Under the pieces are notes generated by a model, which was not told the origin of the DNA, ran no database searches, and was given only the letters and a program-made list of their open reading frames with translations. Positions 18,768 to 28,103 of a stretch of DNA of 64,000 bases are shown in pieces (position 1 is the stretch's first letter; each line of letters starts with the position of its first letter). The translations under genes were made by a program, and so were the position numbers. This DNA comes from an uncultured Lachnospiraceae bacterium (lineage in GTDB: Bacteria > Bacillota > Clostridia > Lachnospirales > Lachnospiraceae). Where the stretch lies: positions 4,903-68,902 of the forward strand of contig CAZPZR010000001.1 in NCBI GenBank assembly GCA_964591105.1, in the 5' to 3' direction.

Positions 18768-19014
18768 AATAATCCCCTTGTTTTATCTGTAAATATATGA
18801 AAAGAGTTGCCCAACAAAATGTAAGAGCCCCCTGATATCATAGGAGTATCATACAATACCCCAGAAAAATGTTCAATAGAAAAGCAGAAGAGACGGGTCT
18901 GTGAGAGGATGAAATATGTGAAAAAGAGTTAAAAAACTAACGATAAATAATTAACGAGTTAGTAAAAATCCACAAAAAATGAAAAGAAAAAATGTGGAAA
19001 AGGGAGAAAGAAAT

Positions 19015-19044
19015 TTGACCTCTTGACCGGTATACCGGTATGCT
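19015..19044 (+). promoter_or_regulatory. Promoter overlapped by a perfect 12-bp palindrome, candidate GntR operator
   Basis: -35 ttgacc (19015-19020), palindrome ccggtataccgg (19027-19038), -10-like tatgct (19039-19044). Confidence 0.5.
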
Positions 19045-19123
19045 GTAAAGTGAAGTCAAGAAGAAATCAGACACGATTTCGTGATAGCGAGAATTGAGGA
19101 TTCGAAAGAAAGGAAGTAAGAAA

Positions 19124-20011
19124 ATGAAAGTAGGATTTATCGGATTAGGTATCATGGGAAGACCAATGGCAAAGAACATGTTGAATGCAGGTGTAGAACT
19201 GCTTGTATCTGACTTGAATAAAGAAGCAGTTGCCGATGTAGTGGCAGCTGGAGCAAAAGAAGCAACTTACGCAGAAATCGGAGAACAGTGTGAACGCGTA
19301 ATCATTATGGTTCCAAGTGGAGCAATTTCTAAATCTATCCTGTTTGGAGAAGATGGTGTAGCATCCACAATCAAACCAGGAAGCGTTGTATGTGACATGA
19401 GTTCTGTAACACCAGTTGAATCTCAGGAATGTTACCAGGGATTAAAAGAAAAAGGAGTTGGATTCGTAGATGCACCAGTATCTGGTGGAGAACCAGGAGC
19501 TGTTGCAGGAACACTTGCAATCATGGCAGGTGGAGATCAGGAAGATTTCGATGCAATGAAAGAATACTTTGATATTCTTGGTTCTTCTGCATTATTGATC
19601 GGAGGCAGCGGAAGCGGAAGCGTAACAAAATTAGCAAACCAGGTTATTGTAAATAATACAATCGCTGTTGTTTCAGAAGCATTTGTTCTTGCAACAAAAG
19701 CAGGAGCTGATCCAGCGAAGGTATACGAAGCAATCCGTGGTGGATTAGCTGGAAGTGCAGTATTAGATGCAAAAATTCCAATGATCATCGAACGTAACTT
19801 CAAACCAGGAGGACCAATCCGTATTAACCACAAAGACATTAAAAATGTTGTAAATACTGCACATTCTATTGATGTTCCAATTCCATACACAGCACAGCTT
19901 TACGAAATTCTTCAGTCACTGAAGATTCACGGACATATGGAAGATGACCACGGCGGAATCGTTCAGTACTTTGAAAAACTTGCAGATGTAGAAGTGAAAA
20001 AATTTGACTAA
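19124..20011 (+). CDS. NAD(P)-dependent beta-hydroxyacid dehydrogenase (GarR / tartronate semialdehyde reductase / LtnD-like)
   Basis: N-terminal Rossmann motif MKVGFIGLGIMG, typical of the 3-hydroxyisobutyrate dehydrogenase family. The start was moved to ATG 19124. Confidence 0.8.
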   Translation: MKVGFIGLGIMGRPMAKNMLNAGVELLVSDLNKEAVADVVAAGAKEATYAEIGEQCERVIIMVPSGAISKSILFGEDGVASTIKPGSVVCDMSSVTPVESQECYQGLKEKGVGFVDAPVSGGEPGAVAGTLAIMAGGDQEDFDAMKEYFDILGSSALLIGGSGSGSVTKLANQVIVNNTIAVVSEAFVLATKAGADPAKVYEAIRGGLAGSAVLDAKIPMIIERNFKPGGPIRINHKDIKNVVNTAHSIDVPIPYTAQLYEILQSLKIHGHMEDDHGGIVQYFEKLADVEVKKFD

Positions 20012-20030
20012 TCAGCAGGAGGAAGAAGAA

Positions 20031-21455
20031 ATGGCTTTGCACGTAGATGTATTAAACAATTATAAAAAAATCGATGAAGCAGCAATTGATGCACTGCTTC
20101 AGAAAGAAATCGAAGCAAATAATAAAAAAATCGTTGTCTTAGATGATGACCCAACAGGAGTTCAGACAGTACATGATATTTCTGTATACACAAACTGGGA
20201 AAAAGAAAGCATTCGTCAGGGATTTGCAGAAGAAAATAATTTGTTCTATGTGCTGACAAACTCTAGAGGATTTACAGTAGAACAGACAACAAAAGCACAT
20301 CTTGAGATTGCAGCAGTTGTAGATGAAGTGGCAAAAGAGACTGGAAAAGAATACATTTTCATCAGCAGAAGTGACAGTACACTTCGTGGACATTATCCAT
20401 TAGAGCCACAGATTTTGAAAGACAAGTACGAAGAAAATACTGGAAAAACAATCGATGGAGAAATCCTTTGCCCATTCTTCAAAGAAGGTGGAAGATTTAC
20501 GATTGACAATGTGCACTATGTAAAATATGGAGAAGAATTAGTTCCAGCAAATGAGACAGAATTTGCTAAGGATAAAACATTCGGTTACAGCAGTGCAACT
20601 ATGCCAGCTTACGTAGAAGAAAAAACAAAAGGAGCTTACAAAGCGGAAGACGTAACTTGCATTTCTTTGGAAGATATTCACAACATGGATATCGACAAGA
20701 TTGAAGCACAGCTTATGAACGTGAAAGACTTTAATAAAATCATTGTAAATGCTGTAGATTACGCAGACGTAAAAGTATTCTGTGTTGCACTTTATCGTGC
20801 AATGGCAAAAGGAAAAGTATTTATGTTCCGTACAGCGGCAGCAATTGTAAAAGTAATGGGCGGTGTTACAGACCAGGCACTTCTTACAAGAGAACAGATG
20901 GTAGTGAAAGAAACAACAAACGGAGGAATCATCGTTGTTGGTTCTCATACAGATAAAACAACCAAACAGGTAGAATGCTTAAAAGAATTATCTGATTTGG
21001 AATTTATCGAACTGGATGCTACTTTAGTGAAAGATGATGCAGCATTTGAAGCAGAAGTAAAACGATGCCTGGAAAAAGAAGAAGCATGCATCAAAGCAGG
21101 AAAAACAGTGTGCTGCTATACAACAAGAGCATTGATTACAGCAGATACAGGGGATAAAGAAGATGAACTTCGTTTGTCTGTGAAAATTTCCGATGCAGTA
21201 CAGTCTTTGGTAGGAAAATTATCAGTGACTCCAAGCTTTGTAATTGCAAAAGGTGGAATTACATCCAGTGATGTTGGTACAAAAGCACTTGCTGTACGCA
21301 AAGCAAATGTACTTGGCCAGATCAAACCTGGAATTCCAGTATGGCAGACAGGGGAAGAAAGCAAGTTCCCATTGACACCATACGTAATCTTCCCAGGAAA
21401 TGTTGGAGAAATCTCTACATTGAAGGAAGCTGTAGAAGTATTAATGAATTGTTAA
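20031..21455 (+). CDS. Four-carbon acid-sugar kinase family protein (DUF1537)
   Basis: N-terminal VLDDDPTGVQT and C-terminal KGGITS motifs typical of DUF1537. Start ATG 20031 follows aggagg. Confidence 0.8.
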   Translation: MALHVDVLNNYKKIDEAAIDALLQKEIEANNKKIVVLDDDPTGVQTVHDISVYTNWEKESIRQGFAEENNLFYVLTNSRGFTVEQTTKAHLEIAAVVDEVAKETGKEYIFISRSDSTLRGHYPLEPQILKDKYEENTGKTIDGEILCPFFKEGGRFTIDNVHYVKYGEELVPANETEFAKDKTFGYSSATMPAYVEEKTKGAYKAEDVTCISLEDIHNMDIDKIEAQLMNVKDFNKIIVNAVDYADVKVFCVALYRAMAKGKVFMFRTAAAIVKVMGGVTDQALLTREQMVVKETTNGGIIVVGSHTDKTTKQVECLKELSDLEFIELDATLVKDDAAFEAEVKRCLEKEEACIKAGKTVCCYTTRALITADTGDKEDELRLSVKISDAVQSLVGKLSVTPSFVIAKGGITSSDVGTKALAVRKANVLGQIKPGIPVWQTGEESKFPLTPYVIFPGNVGEISTLKEAVEVLMNC

Positions 21456-21469
21456 AAAACAAACAAAAA

Positions 21470-21488
21470 CGAACATACAATTTGTTCG
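21470..21488. promoter_or_regulatory. Inverted repeat CGAACA-N7-TGTTCG, candidate DeoR-type operator
   Basis: cgaaca (21470-21475) and tgttcg (21483-21488). The octamer acgaacat recurs at 21565-21572, downstream of the promoter. Confidence 0.35.
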
Positions 21489-21525
21489 AAAAATGAAAAA
21501 ACTCACAGAAAAATGTTAGATTTTG

Positions 21526-21554
21526 TTGACAAATGCTGTCTGACAACGTAGAAT
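21526..21554 (+). promoter_or_regulatory. Near-consensus sigma-70 promoter
   Basis: -35 ttgaca (21526-21531), 17-nt spacer, -10 tagaat (21549-21554). Confidence 0.6.
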
Positions 21555-21593
21555 ATGAACAGAAACGAACATTAGGGAGATGGAGGAAAAATT

Positions 21594-22898
21594 ATGCCGC
21601 AGTGTGTAGTAATTGCCGATGATTTAACAGGGGCGAACGCGACAGGTGTTCTCTTGAAGAAAATGAATTATCAGGCATATACCGTTATGAATACAGAAAG
21701 AATTGAGCTCTCTACCCTGGATGAATGTGACTGCCTTTTATATCCAACAGACAGCAGAGGCGTAGATCCTGAGATTGCATACAACCGAGTATACAACGTA
21801 TGTAATCTATTGAAGAATGATCAGGTAAAAGTATATGCGAATCGAATTGACAGTACACTGAGAGGAAACCTTGGGAGCGAAACAGATGCAATGCTGGATG
21901 CACTTGGTGAAGACTATGTAGCGATTGTTGCACCTTGTTTCCCATCCTCAGGAAGAATCGTGATTGGTGGATATATGTTGGTGAACGGACTTCCGTTACA
22001 TAAGACAGAGATTGCAATCGATCCGAAGACTCCGGTGAAGATTTCAGAAGTTGCAGAACTGTTTGACCAGCAGAGTAAGTACCAGGTATCTTCTGTATTT
22101 ATGAAAGATATGATGCAGGGAAGCCATGAACTTGCGAAGCTGATTCAGACACATGTGGAATACGGCAGCAGAATCATTGTTGCTGACTGTGTGACACAGG
22201 AAGATTTGGACTTGATTGCGGACGCAGTGATTGAGAGCAACTTGAAGATTGTTGCAGTTGACCCAGGAGTATTTACCGCAACACTTTCCAGAAAGTTGAT
22301 CACACCAACAGAAAAGAAAGAGAAGAATAAGATTCTTGCAGTAGTTGGAAGTGTGAATCCGAATACAACGAAGCAGATGGAAGAATTATGGTTATCACAG
22401 AAGACACAGAACGTGTTCGTGCATACGAAGCGTTTGTTAGAAAGTGAAGAAGAACGACAGAAAGAGATGAACCGTGTCATTCAGGCAGTGTTGGAATCTT
22501 GTGAGAATCAGGTAATCACAACAGTGACTGGAGATGGGATTTATCCGGAAAACCGCATTGATTTCAAACCTTATATGGAGAAGTATCAGTGTTCTATGGA
22601 TGCAGTGACCGGAATCATCAATCGTTCATTTGCAGAGATCACTTATCAGATTTTCAAAAAGGAACCTTCCTTCAAGGGACTATATACCAGTGGCGGAGAT
22701 GTAACAGTCGCTGTGTGCCGTAAGTTCCAGACAGCTGGTTTGACACTGTTAGATGAAGTGTTGCCGCTTGCAGCGTACGGACGATTCCTGAAGGGTGAAT
22801 TCGAAGGAGTTCATATTATTACAAAAGGTGGAAGTCAGGGAAGCAGCAGTGCTATTAATCAGTGCATTACGTATCTGAAAGAGAAACTATATATTTAA
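21594..22898 (+). CDS. Four-carbon acid-sugar kinase family protein (DUF1537), second paralogue
   Basis: Motifs [20 protein letters not shown] and a C-terminal TKGGSQGS. Only distantly related to the first kinase. Confidence 0.8.
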   Translation: MPQCVVIADDLTGANATGVLLKKMNYQAYTVMNTERIELSTLDECDCLLYPTDSRGVDPEIAYNRVYNVCNLLKNDQVKVYANRIDSTLRGNLGSETDAMLDALGEDYVAIVAPCFPSSGRIVIGGYMLVNGLPLHKTEIAIDPKTPVKISEVAELFDQQSKYQVSSVFMKDMMQGSHELAKLIQTHVEYGSRIIVADCVTQEDLDLIADAVIESNLKIVAVDPGVFTATLSRKLITPTEKKEKNKILAVVGSVNPNTTKQMEELWLSQKTQNVFVHTKRLLESEEERQKEMNRVIQAVLESCENQVITTVTGDGIYPENRIDFKPYMEKYQCSMDAVTGIINRSFAEITYQIFKKEPSFKGLYTSGGDVTVAVCRKFQTAGLTLLDEVLPLAAYGRFLKGEFEGVHIITKGGSQGSSSAINQCITYLKEKLYI

Positions 22899-22927
22899 GA
22901 ATCACATTTAGAAAAGAGGAATTCATT

Positions 22928-23926
22928 ATGAAAAAACCATTGATTGCAGTACCAATTGGAGATCCAGCAGGTGTAGGACCTGAAATTGTTGCAAAATCCA
23001 TTGCATCAAAGGAAGTATTTGAAGCAGCAAATTGTATCATTATTGGAGATAAAGCGATTGTAGAAAATGCAATTCGTATTGTAGGTGCAGACTTGAAAGT
23101 GAATGTTGTTCATGCACCAGAAGAAGGAGATTATTCCGAAGGAATTTTAAATCTCATTGATTTAGGCAATGTTGACCTGGAAAACTTTGCGTTCGGTAAG
23201 GTCAATGGAATGTGCGGAAAGGCCGCATACGAATGTATTGCAAAAAGTATTGAACTTGCTAATGAAGGAAAGGTTGATGCTGTTGCCACAACACCAATCA
23301 ACAAAGAATCTTTACGTGCAGGAGAAATCAATTTCATTGGTCACACAGAGATCTTTGGAGCGCTGACAGATACGGAAGATCCATTGACAATGTTTGAGAC
23401 AAATGGAATGCGAGTATTTTTCCTCACAAGACACGTTTCCTTGCGTGAAATGCTGGATATGATTACAAAAGACAGAATTAAGGATTATGTAAAACGTTGT
23501 CTGAAGGCTTTGGAAAAACTTGGAGTAACAGACGGTACAATGGCGATTGCAGGACTGAACCCACACAGCGGGGAACATGGACTCTTTGGATGGGAAGAAG
23601 TAAATGAAATCATCCCAGCAGTGGAAGAGCTCCAGGCAGAAGGATACGACGTTGTAGGACCAATCGGAGCAGACTCTGTATTCCATCAGGCTGCAATTGG
23701 CAGATACAACAGTGTACTGTCCCTCTATCATGACCAGGGACATATCGCAACAAAGACATTGGATTTCGAAAAAACAATTGCGATTACAAATGGTATGCCA
23801 ATCCTTCGTACATCTGTGGATCACGGTACTGCATTTGACATTGCTGGAAAAGGAATCGTAAGTGAAGTCAGCATGATCGAAGCCATTTTATTAGCAGCGA
23901 AATACGCGCCAAACTTTACAAAATAA
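22928..23926 (+). CDS. PdxA family 4-phospho-hydroxyacid dehydrogenase (PdxA2-like)
   Basis: Motifs [26 protein letters not shown] and [14 protein letters not shown]. Start ATG 22928. Confidence 0.85.
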   Translation: MKKPLIAVPIGDPAGVGPEIVAKSIASKEVFEAANCIIIGDKAIVENAIRIVGADLKVNVVHAPEEGDYSEGILNLIDLGNVDLENFAFGKVNGMCGKAAYECIAKSIELANEGKVDAVATTPINKESLRAGEINFIGHTEIFGALTDTEDPLTMFETNGMRVFFLTRHVSLREMLDMITKDRIKDYVKRCLKALEKLGVTDGTMAIAGLNPHSGEHGLFGWEEVNEIIPAVEELQAEGYDVVGPIGADSVFHQAAIGRYNSVLSLYHDQGHIATKTLDFEKTIAITNGMPILRTSVDHGTAFDIAGKGIVSEVSMIEAILLAAKYAPNFTK

Positions 23927-23953
23927 ATTTTCAGGAGAAAGAGGAGATCTATT

Positions 23954-25357
23954 ATGGTAAACGGACTGAGCGGGGAAAGAATGTTAATCGGTCTTGCAAT
24001 TGGTATTGCAGTCCTGATTTTTTTAGTACTCAAAACAAAAGTACAGGCATTTTTGGCACTGATTATTTGTACAATCATCGTAGGTGTTGTTGGAGGAATG
24101 CCATTAGTTAATATTACATTAGAAGACGGAAAAACCTTTGGAATTGTCAATTCGATTACGACAGGATTCGGTGGAACTTTAGGAAGTATCGGTATTATCA
24201 TCGGTTTCGGTGTTATGATGGGACAGATTTTCGAAGTAACAGGTGCAGCGCAGAGAATGGCGCATACATTCCTGAAATTATTCGGAAAGAAACGTGAAGA
24301 AGAAGCATTAGCATTAACAGGTTTCCTTGTGTCTATTCCAATTTTCTGTGACTCAGGATTCGTTGTTCTTGCACCAATTGCAAAAGCTATTTCAAAAGCA
24401 ACTAAGAAATCAGTTATCGGTCTTGGTGTTGCACTTGCAGCCGGACTTGTAATTACTCACTCATTGGTACCACCTACACCAGGTCCTTTAGGAGTATGTG
24501 GAATCTTTGGAGTAGACGTAGGAAAATTCATCCTTATAACAATTTTACTTGCAATCCCAATGGCAATTGCTTGTATCGCATATTCAAGATTATACCTTTC
24601 TAAAAAGTATTATCGTGTAGTAGATGATAACGGTGAAATCGTAGAAAAACCATATCAGGAACCAGACTACGATGGAGCGTTCTCAATGGATACAAAAGAT
24701 ATGCCAGGAACATTTGTATCATTCCTTCCATTACTTGCACCAATCGTATTAATCTTAATCAATACAGTAGCAAGTGCACTTGGAAAAACAGATGGCATCA
24801 TGGAAGTATTAATCTTCTTAGGACAGCCAATCGTAGCAGTTGGAATCGGATTATTGATTGCAATCTTCACATTAGGTAGAAACCTTGACAGACAGACAAT
24901 CATCAGCGAAATGGAAAAAGGTATGATGTCTGCAGGTATCATCATGCTGGTAACAGGTGGTGGTGGAGCTCTTGGACAGATCATCAAAGACTCTGGACTT
25001 GGAACATTTATGGCAGAAGGACTTGCTGGAACAGCAATCCCAATCATCATCCTTCCATTATTAATTTCAACAGCAATGAGATTTATCCAGGGATCTGGTA
25101 CTGTTGCTATGACAACAGCAGCTGGTATCACAGCTCCAATCCTTGCAGCAGCAAATGTTAGCCCATTACTTGGAGCAGTTGCTTGCTGTGTAGGTTCTTT
25201 ATTCTTTGGATACTTCAACGACAGCTACTTCTGGGTTGTAAACAGAACTCTTGGAGTAAGCGAAGCAAAAGACCAGTTAAAGGTTTGGTCTGTAACATCT
25301 ACAATTGCATGGGCAGTTGGTGTTGTGGAAGTATTAGTATTGAGTATTTTTATGTAA
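23954..25357 (+). CDS. GntP family acid-sugar permease
   Basis: 467-aa polytopic membrane protein with GntP-type conserved segments (PIFCDSGFVVLAPI, VTHSLVPPTPGP). Confidence 0.8.
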   Translation: MVNGLSGERMLIGLAIGIAVLIFLVLKTKVQAFLALIICTIIVGVVGGMPLVNITLEDGKTFGIVNSITTGFGGTLGSIGIIIGFGVMMGQIFEVTGAAQRMAHTFLKLFGKKREEEALALTGFLVSIPIFCDSGFVVLAPIAKAISKATKKSVIGLGVALAAGLVITHSLVPPTPGPLGVCGIFGVDVGKFILITILLAIPMAIACIAYSRLYLSKKYYRVVDDNGEIVEKPYQEPDYDGAFSMDTKDMPGTFVSFLPLLAPIVLILINTVASALGKTDGIMEVLIFLGQPIVAVGIGLLIAIFTLGRNLDRQTIISEMEKGMMSAGIIMLVTGGGGALGQIIKDSGLGTFMAEGLAGTAIPIIILPLLISTAMRFIQGSGTVAMTTAAGITAPILAAANVSPLLGAVACCVGSLFFGYFNDSYFWVVNRTLGVSEAKDQLKVWSVTSTIAWAVGVVEVLVLSIFM

Positions 25358-25368
25358 TCATGTAAAAT

Positions 25369-25406
25369 AAAAGGCAGTGAAGGCAGTGGAATTCACTGCC
25401 TTTTTT
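25369..25406 (+). terminator. Rho-independent terminator
   Basis: Stem aggcagtga pairs with tcactgcct, followed by tttttt. Confidence 0.65.
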
Positions 25407-25465
25407 GTACGATAAGCGTCAGAGAAAAATGACGTTTTGCTTAAAAAATTAGGAGTGTGAAAGAG

Positions 25466-26212
25466 ATGCTTGCAGCAGAAAGACAGGCAAAAATTGTAGA
25501 ACTTGTAAGAGAACAGGGGAGTGTACAGGTAGAGGAACTGGCACAGGAACTGAATGTCAGTGCGATGACGATTCGAAGAGATTTGGTAAAGTTACAGGAA
25601 GAAGACCGACTCACACGTTGTCATGGCGGAGCAGTGATCAAAGAAGAAGTGACGTATGCAGATAAGCAGACCAGTAATATTGATGCGAAAAAAGAATTGG
25701 CAAAGAAAGCGGCAGCTTTTGTAAAACCAGGAGACACGGTATTTTTAGATGCGGGAACAAGCACCTATGAAATTGCAAAATTAATCAAGGACATTGAAAA
25801 CCTTATGGTTGTGACGAATGATTTGGAGATTGCCAGATTATTAAATGGAAGCGAAGCAGACGTAGTCATTTGTGGTGGAAAGATTCAAAAGAGTACAGGA
25901 AGTATGTTTGACCGATATGCAACAAAGATGCTGGAAGATTTTCAGTTTGATGTAGGATTCTTCGGAGCGGCTTCTATTAATGATAAATTTGAAGTGATGA
26001 CACCTACGCTTGATAAGATGTGGCTGAAGCGAGAAGTGCCAAAGAAGTGTACGAAGTCGTATCTTGTGGCAGATGAATCCAAGTTTCATCGACAGGCAAG
26101 AACCAAGATTAATCATCTGGGGGATTTCACAGGAGTGATCACCAATCAGAAATTTGAGAAGAAAGAACGTGAACTCTTGGAAAAAACAGGGTGTCATACA
26201 ATAGAAATTTAG
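25466..26212 (+). CDS. DeoR/GlpR family transcriptional regulator
   Basis: N-terminal HTH (ELAQELNVSAMTIRRDL) plus a DeoR C-terminal sugar-phosphate sensor domain. ATG 25466 lies 10 nt after aggag. Confidence 0.85.
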   Translation: MLAAERQAKIVELVREQGSVQVEELAQELNVSAMTIRRDLVKLQEEDRLTRCHGGAVIKEEVTYADKQTSNIDAKKELAKKAAAFVKPGDTVFLDAGTSTYEIAKLIKDIENLMVVTNDLEIARLLNGSEADVVICGGKIQKSTGSMFDRYATKMLEDFQFDVGFFGAASINDKFEVMTPTLDKMWLKREVPKKCTKSYLVADESKFHRQARTKINHLGDFTGVITNQKFEKKERELLEKTGCHTIEI

Positions 26213-26223
26213 GAGAAAGTTAG

Positions 26224-26709
26224 ATGGAAGGACTTACACATTTTGATCAGGATGGAAGGGCAAGAATGGTGGATGTATCTGAAAAACCAGATACAATGCG
26301 AGAAGCAATTGCCAAAGGAAAAATAACAGTCAATCAGGAAGTTTATGATGCCATTGAGCAAGGTAGGATGGAAAAGGGAGATGTCCTTGGGGTGGCAACA
26401 ACGGCAGGAATTATGGGAGTGAAGAGAACGGCAGATCTGATTCCGATGTGTCATGTACTTCCAATTACGAAGTGTGCCATTACTTTTGAAAAAGATCCGA
26501 AACTTCGAGAAATCCATTGTACATGTACGGTTCGGGTTACTGGAAAAACAGGGGTAGAGATGGAAGCATTGACAGGTGTGAGCGTGGCACTGTTGACAGT
26601 ATATGACATGTGCAAGGCACTGGATAAGTCTATGGAGATTGGCGAAATATATTTGTATAAAAAGACGGGCGGAAAAAGTGGTCTTATTGAAAATAAGAAG
26701 AAATGCTAG
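26224..26709 (+). CDS. moaC: Cyclic pyranopterin monophosphate synthase
   Basis: Motifs [29 protein letters not shown] and GVEMEALT. Confidence 0.9.
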   Translation: MEGLTHFDQDGRARMVDVSEKPDTMREAIAKGKITVNQEVYDAIEQGRMEKGDVLGVATTAGIMGVKRTADLIPMCHVLPITKCAITFEKDPKLREIHCTCTVRVTGKTGVEMEALTGVSVALLTVYDMCKALDKSMEIGEIYLYKKTGGKSGLIENKKKC

Positions 26710-26721
26710 AAAGTGTGCGGT

Positions 26722-27066
26722 ATGCGAGCAGACGGATTGATACTAGCAGGCGGAAGTCTTGGCAAAAAGGCTGGATGAAATATTAGAGCAAGTAGACTTG
26801 ATTGTAACGACGGGTGGTGTATCCGTTGTAATATTGTAGAAAATGCACCGCAGGGGGTGCTGTATTTTCGGCACAACGGATATTTATACATAAAGAAGAG
26901 AAAGACACCGAGATTACAAAGCTCATAGAACAATTTTCAGAAGCGGATTTTCTTTTAATAGAAGGAATGAAAGAGAGCAGTTATTCGAATGAGGAGCCAA
27001 TGATTTCTATAAATGATGTTAAAAAAATTGCCGAGATTCTGATACAGAAGAGGCAGGAGGAACGAT
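26722..27066 (+). pseudogene. Debris of Moco-biosynthesis genes (nucleotidyltransferase-like N-terminus, MoeA/MogA-like fragment, MobB-like C-terminus) in three frames
   Basis: Fragment 1: MRADGLILAGGSLGKKAG then a stop (26722-26778). Fragment 2: LDEILEQVDLIVTTGGVSVVIL then a stop, in another frame. Fragment 3: ADFLLIEGMKESSYS...ISINDVKKIAEIL. No intact ORF is present. Confidence 0.45.
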
Positions 27067-27069
27067 AAC

Positions 27070-28089
27070 ATGAAGATGATAAAGACAGAAGAAGCGGTAG
27101 GACAAGTACTCTGCCATGACATTACTCAAATTATCAAAGGAGTAACGAAGGATGCAGTGTTTCGCAAGGGACATGTAATTCGCAAAGAAGACATTCCCGT
27201 ACTTTTAAGTGTTGGAAAGGAACATATCTATATATGGGAAAAGGATGAGAATCAACTGCATGAGAATGAGGCGGCAGAAATCCTGTATGAGCTTTGTGCC
27301 AACGATTCCATGCGTCCGACTCCGGTAAAAGAAGGAAAAATTGAAGTTGTTGCAACGTGTGATGGCTTGCTGAAAGTAGATCAAAAGAAGCTGCAGGCGG
27401 TGAATGCATTAGGGGAAATGATGATTGCCAGCCGCCATGGGAACTTTCCAATCAAAGCAGGGGAGAAGATTGCGGGAACAAGAATCATTCCACTTGTAAT
27501 TGAGAAGCAAAAAATGGAACGTGCAAGAGAAGCGGCAGAAGGTGGGAAAATCTTCACATTGTTGCCATTTACCCATAAAAAAGTCGGGATTGTAACAACG
27601 GGAAATGAAGTGTACCGTGGAAGAATCCAGGATACATTTACCCCAGTGATTTTAGAAAAGTTATCTGAGTATAAAGTAGAGGTTCTTGGACAAACCATTT
27701 GTAGTGATGATCCGGAGATGATTGAAGCGGCAATTCGGAATTTTCTGGACGAGGGTGCAGAACTTGTCATCTGCACAGGCGGAATGAGTGTAGATCCAGA
27801 TGATCAGACACCACTTGCAATCCGTCGCGCAACAGAACGGGTGGTGACGTATGGTGCGCCGGTGCTTCCGGGGGCGATGTTCCTTCTTGCGTATACGGAG
27901 AATCAGGTACCAGTGGTAGGTCTTCCAGGATGCGTGATGTATGCGAAAAGAACGATTTTTGATCTGGTACTTCCAAGACTCATGGCAGGAGAAATACTGA
28001 GCAAAGATGATATCACTGTGTTGGGAGAAGGTGGATTATGTCTGTCTTGTCCAGTTTGCACCTTCCCAAACTGTGGATTTGGAAAATAA
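27070..28089 (+). CDS. Molybdopterin-binding protein, MoeA-like but lacking the MoeA C-terminal domain
   Basis: 339-aa ORF with a MoCF-biosynthesis domain (VGIVTTGNEV...LVICTGGMSVDPDD) and a C-terminal Cys-rich tail (CLSCPVCTFPNC). Confidence 0.7.
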   Translation: MKMIKTEEAVGQVLCHDITQIIKGVTKDAVFRKGHVIRKEDIPVLLSVGKEHIYIWEKDENQLHENEAAEILYELCANDSMRPTPVKEGKIEVVATCDGLLKVDQKKLQAVNALGEMMIASRHGNFPIKAGEKIAGTRIIPLVIEKQKMERAREAAEGGKIFTLLPFTHKKVGIVTTGNEVYRGRIQDTFTPVILEKLSEYKVEVLGQTICSDDPEMIEAAIRNFLDEGAELVICTGGMSVDPDDQTPLAIRRATERVVTYGAPVLPGAMFLLAYTENQVPVVGLPGCVMYAKRTIFDLVLPRLMAGEILSKDDITVLGEGGLCLSCPVCTFPNCGFGK

Positions 28090-28103
28090 ATGGAGCGTAG
28101 GAT

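Noticed and set aside
26706-26933. A 75-aa minus-strand ORF between moaC and the moeA-like gene.
   Set aside because: It lies in the gene-debris region, opposite fragments with recognisable Moco-protein motifs. It has no RBS.
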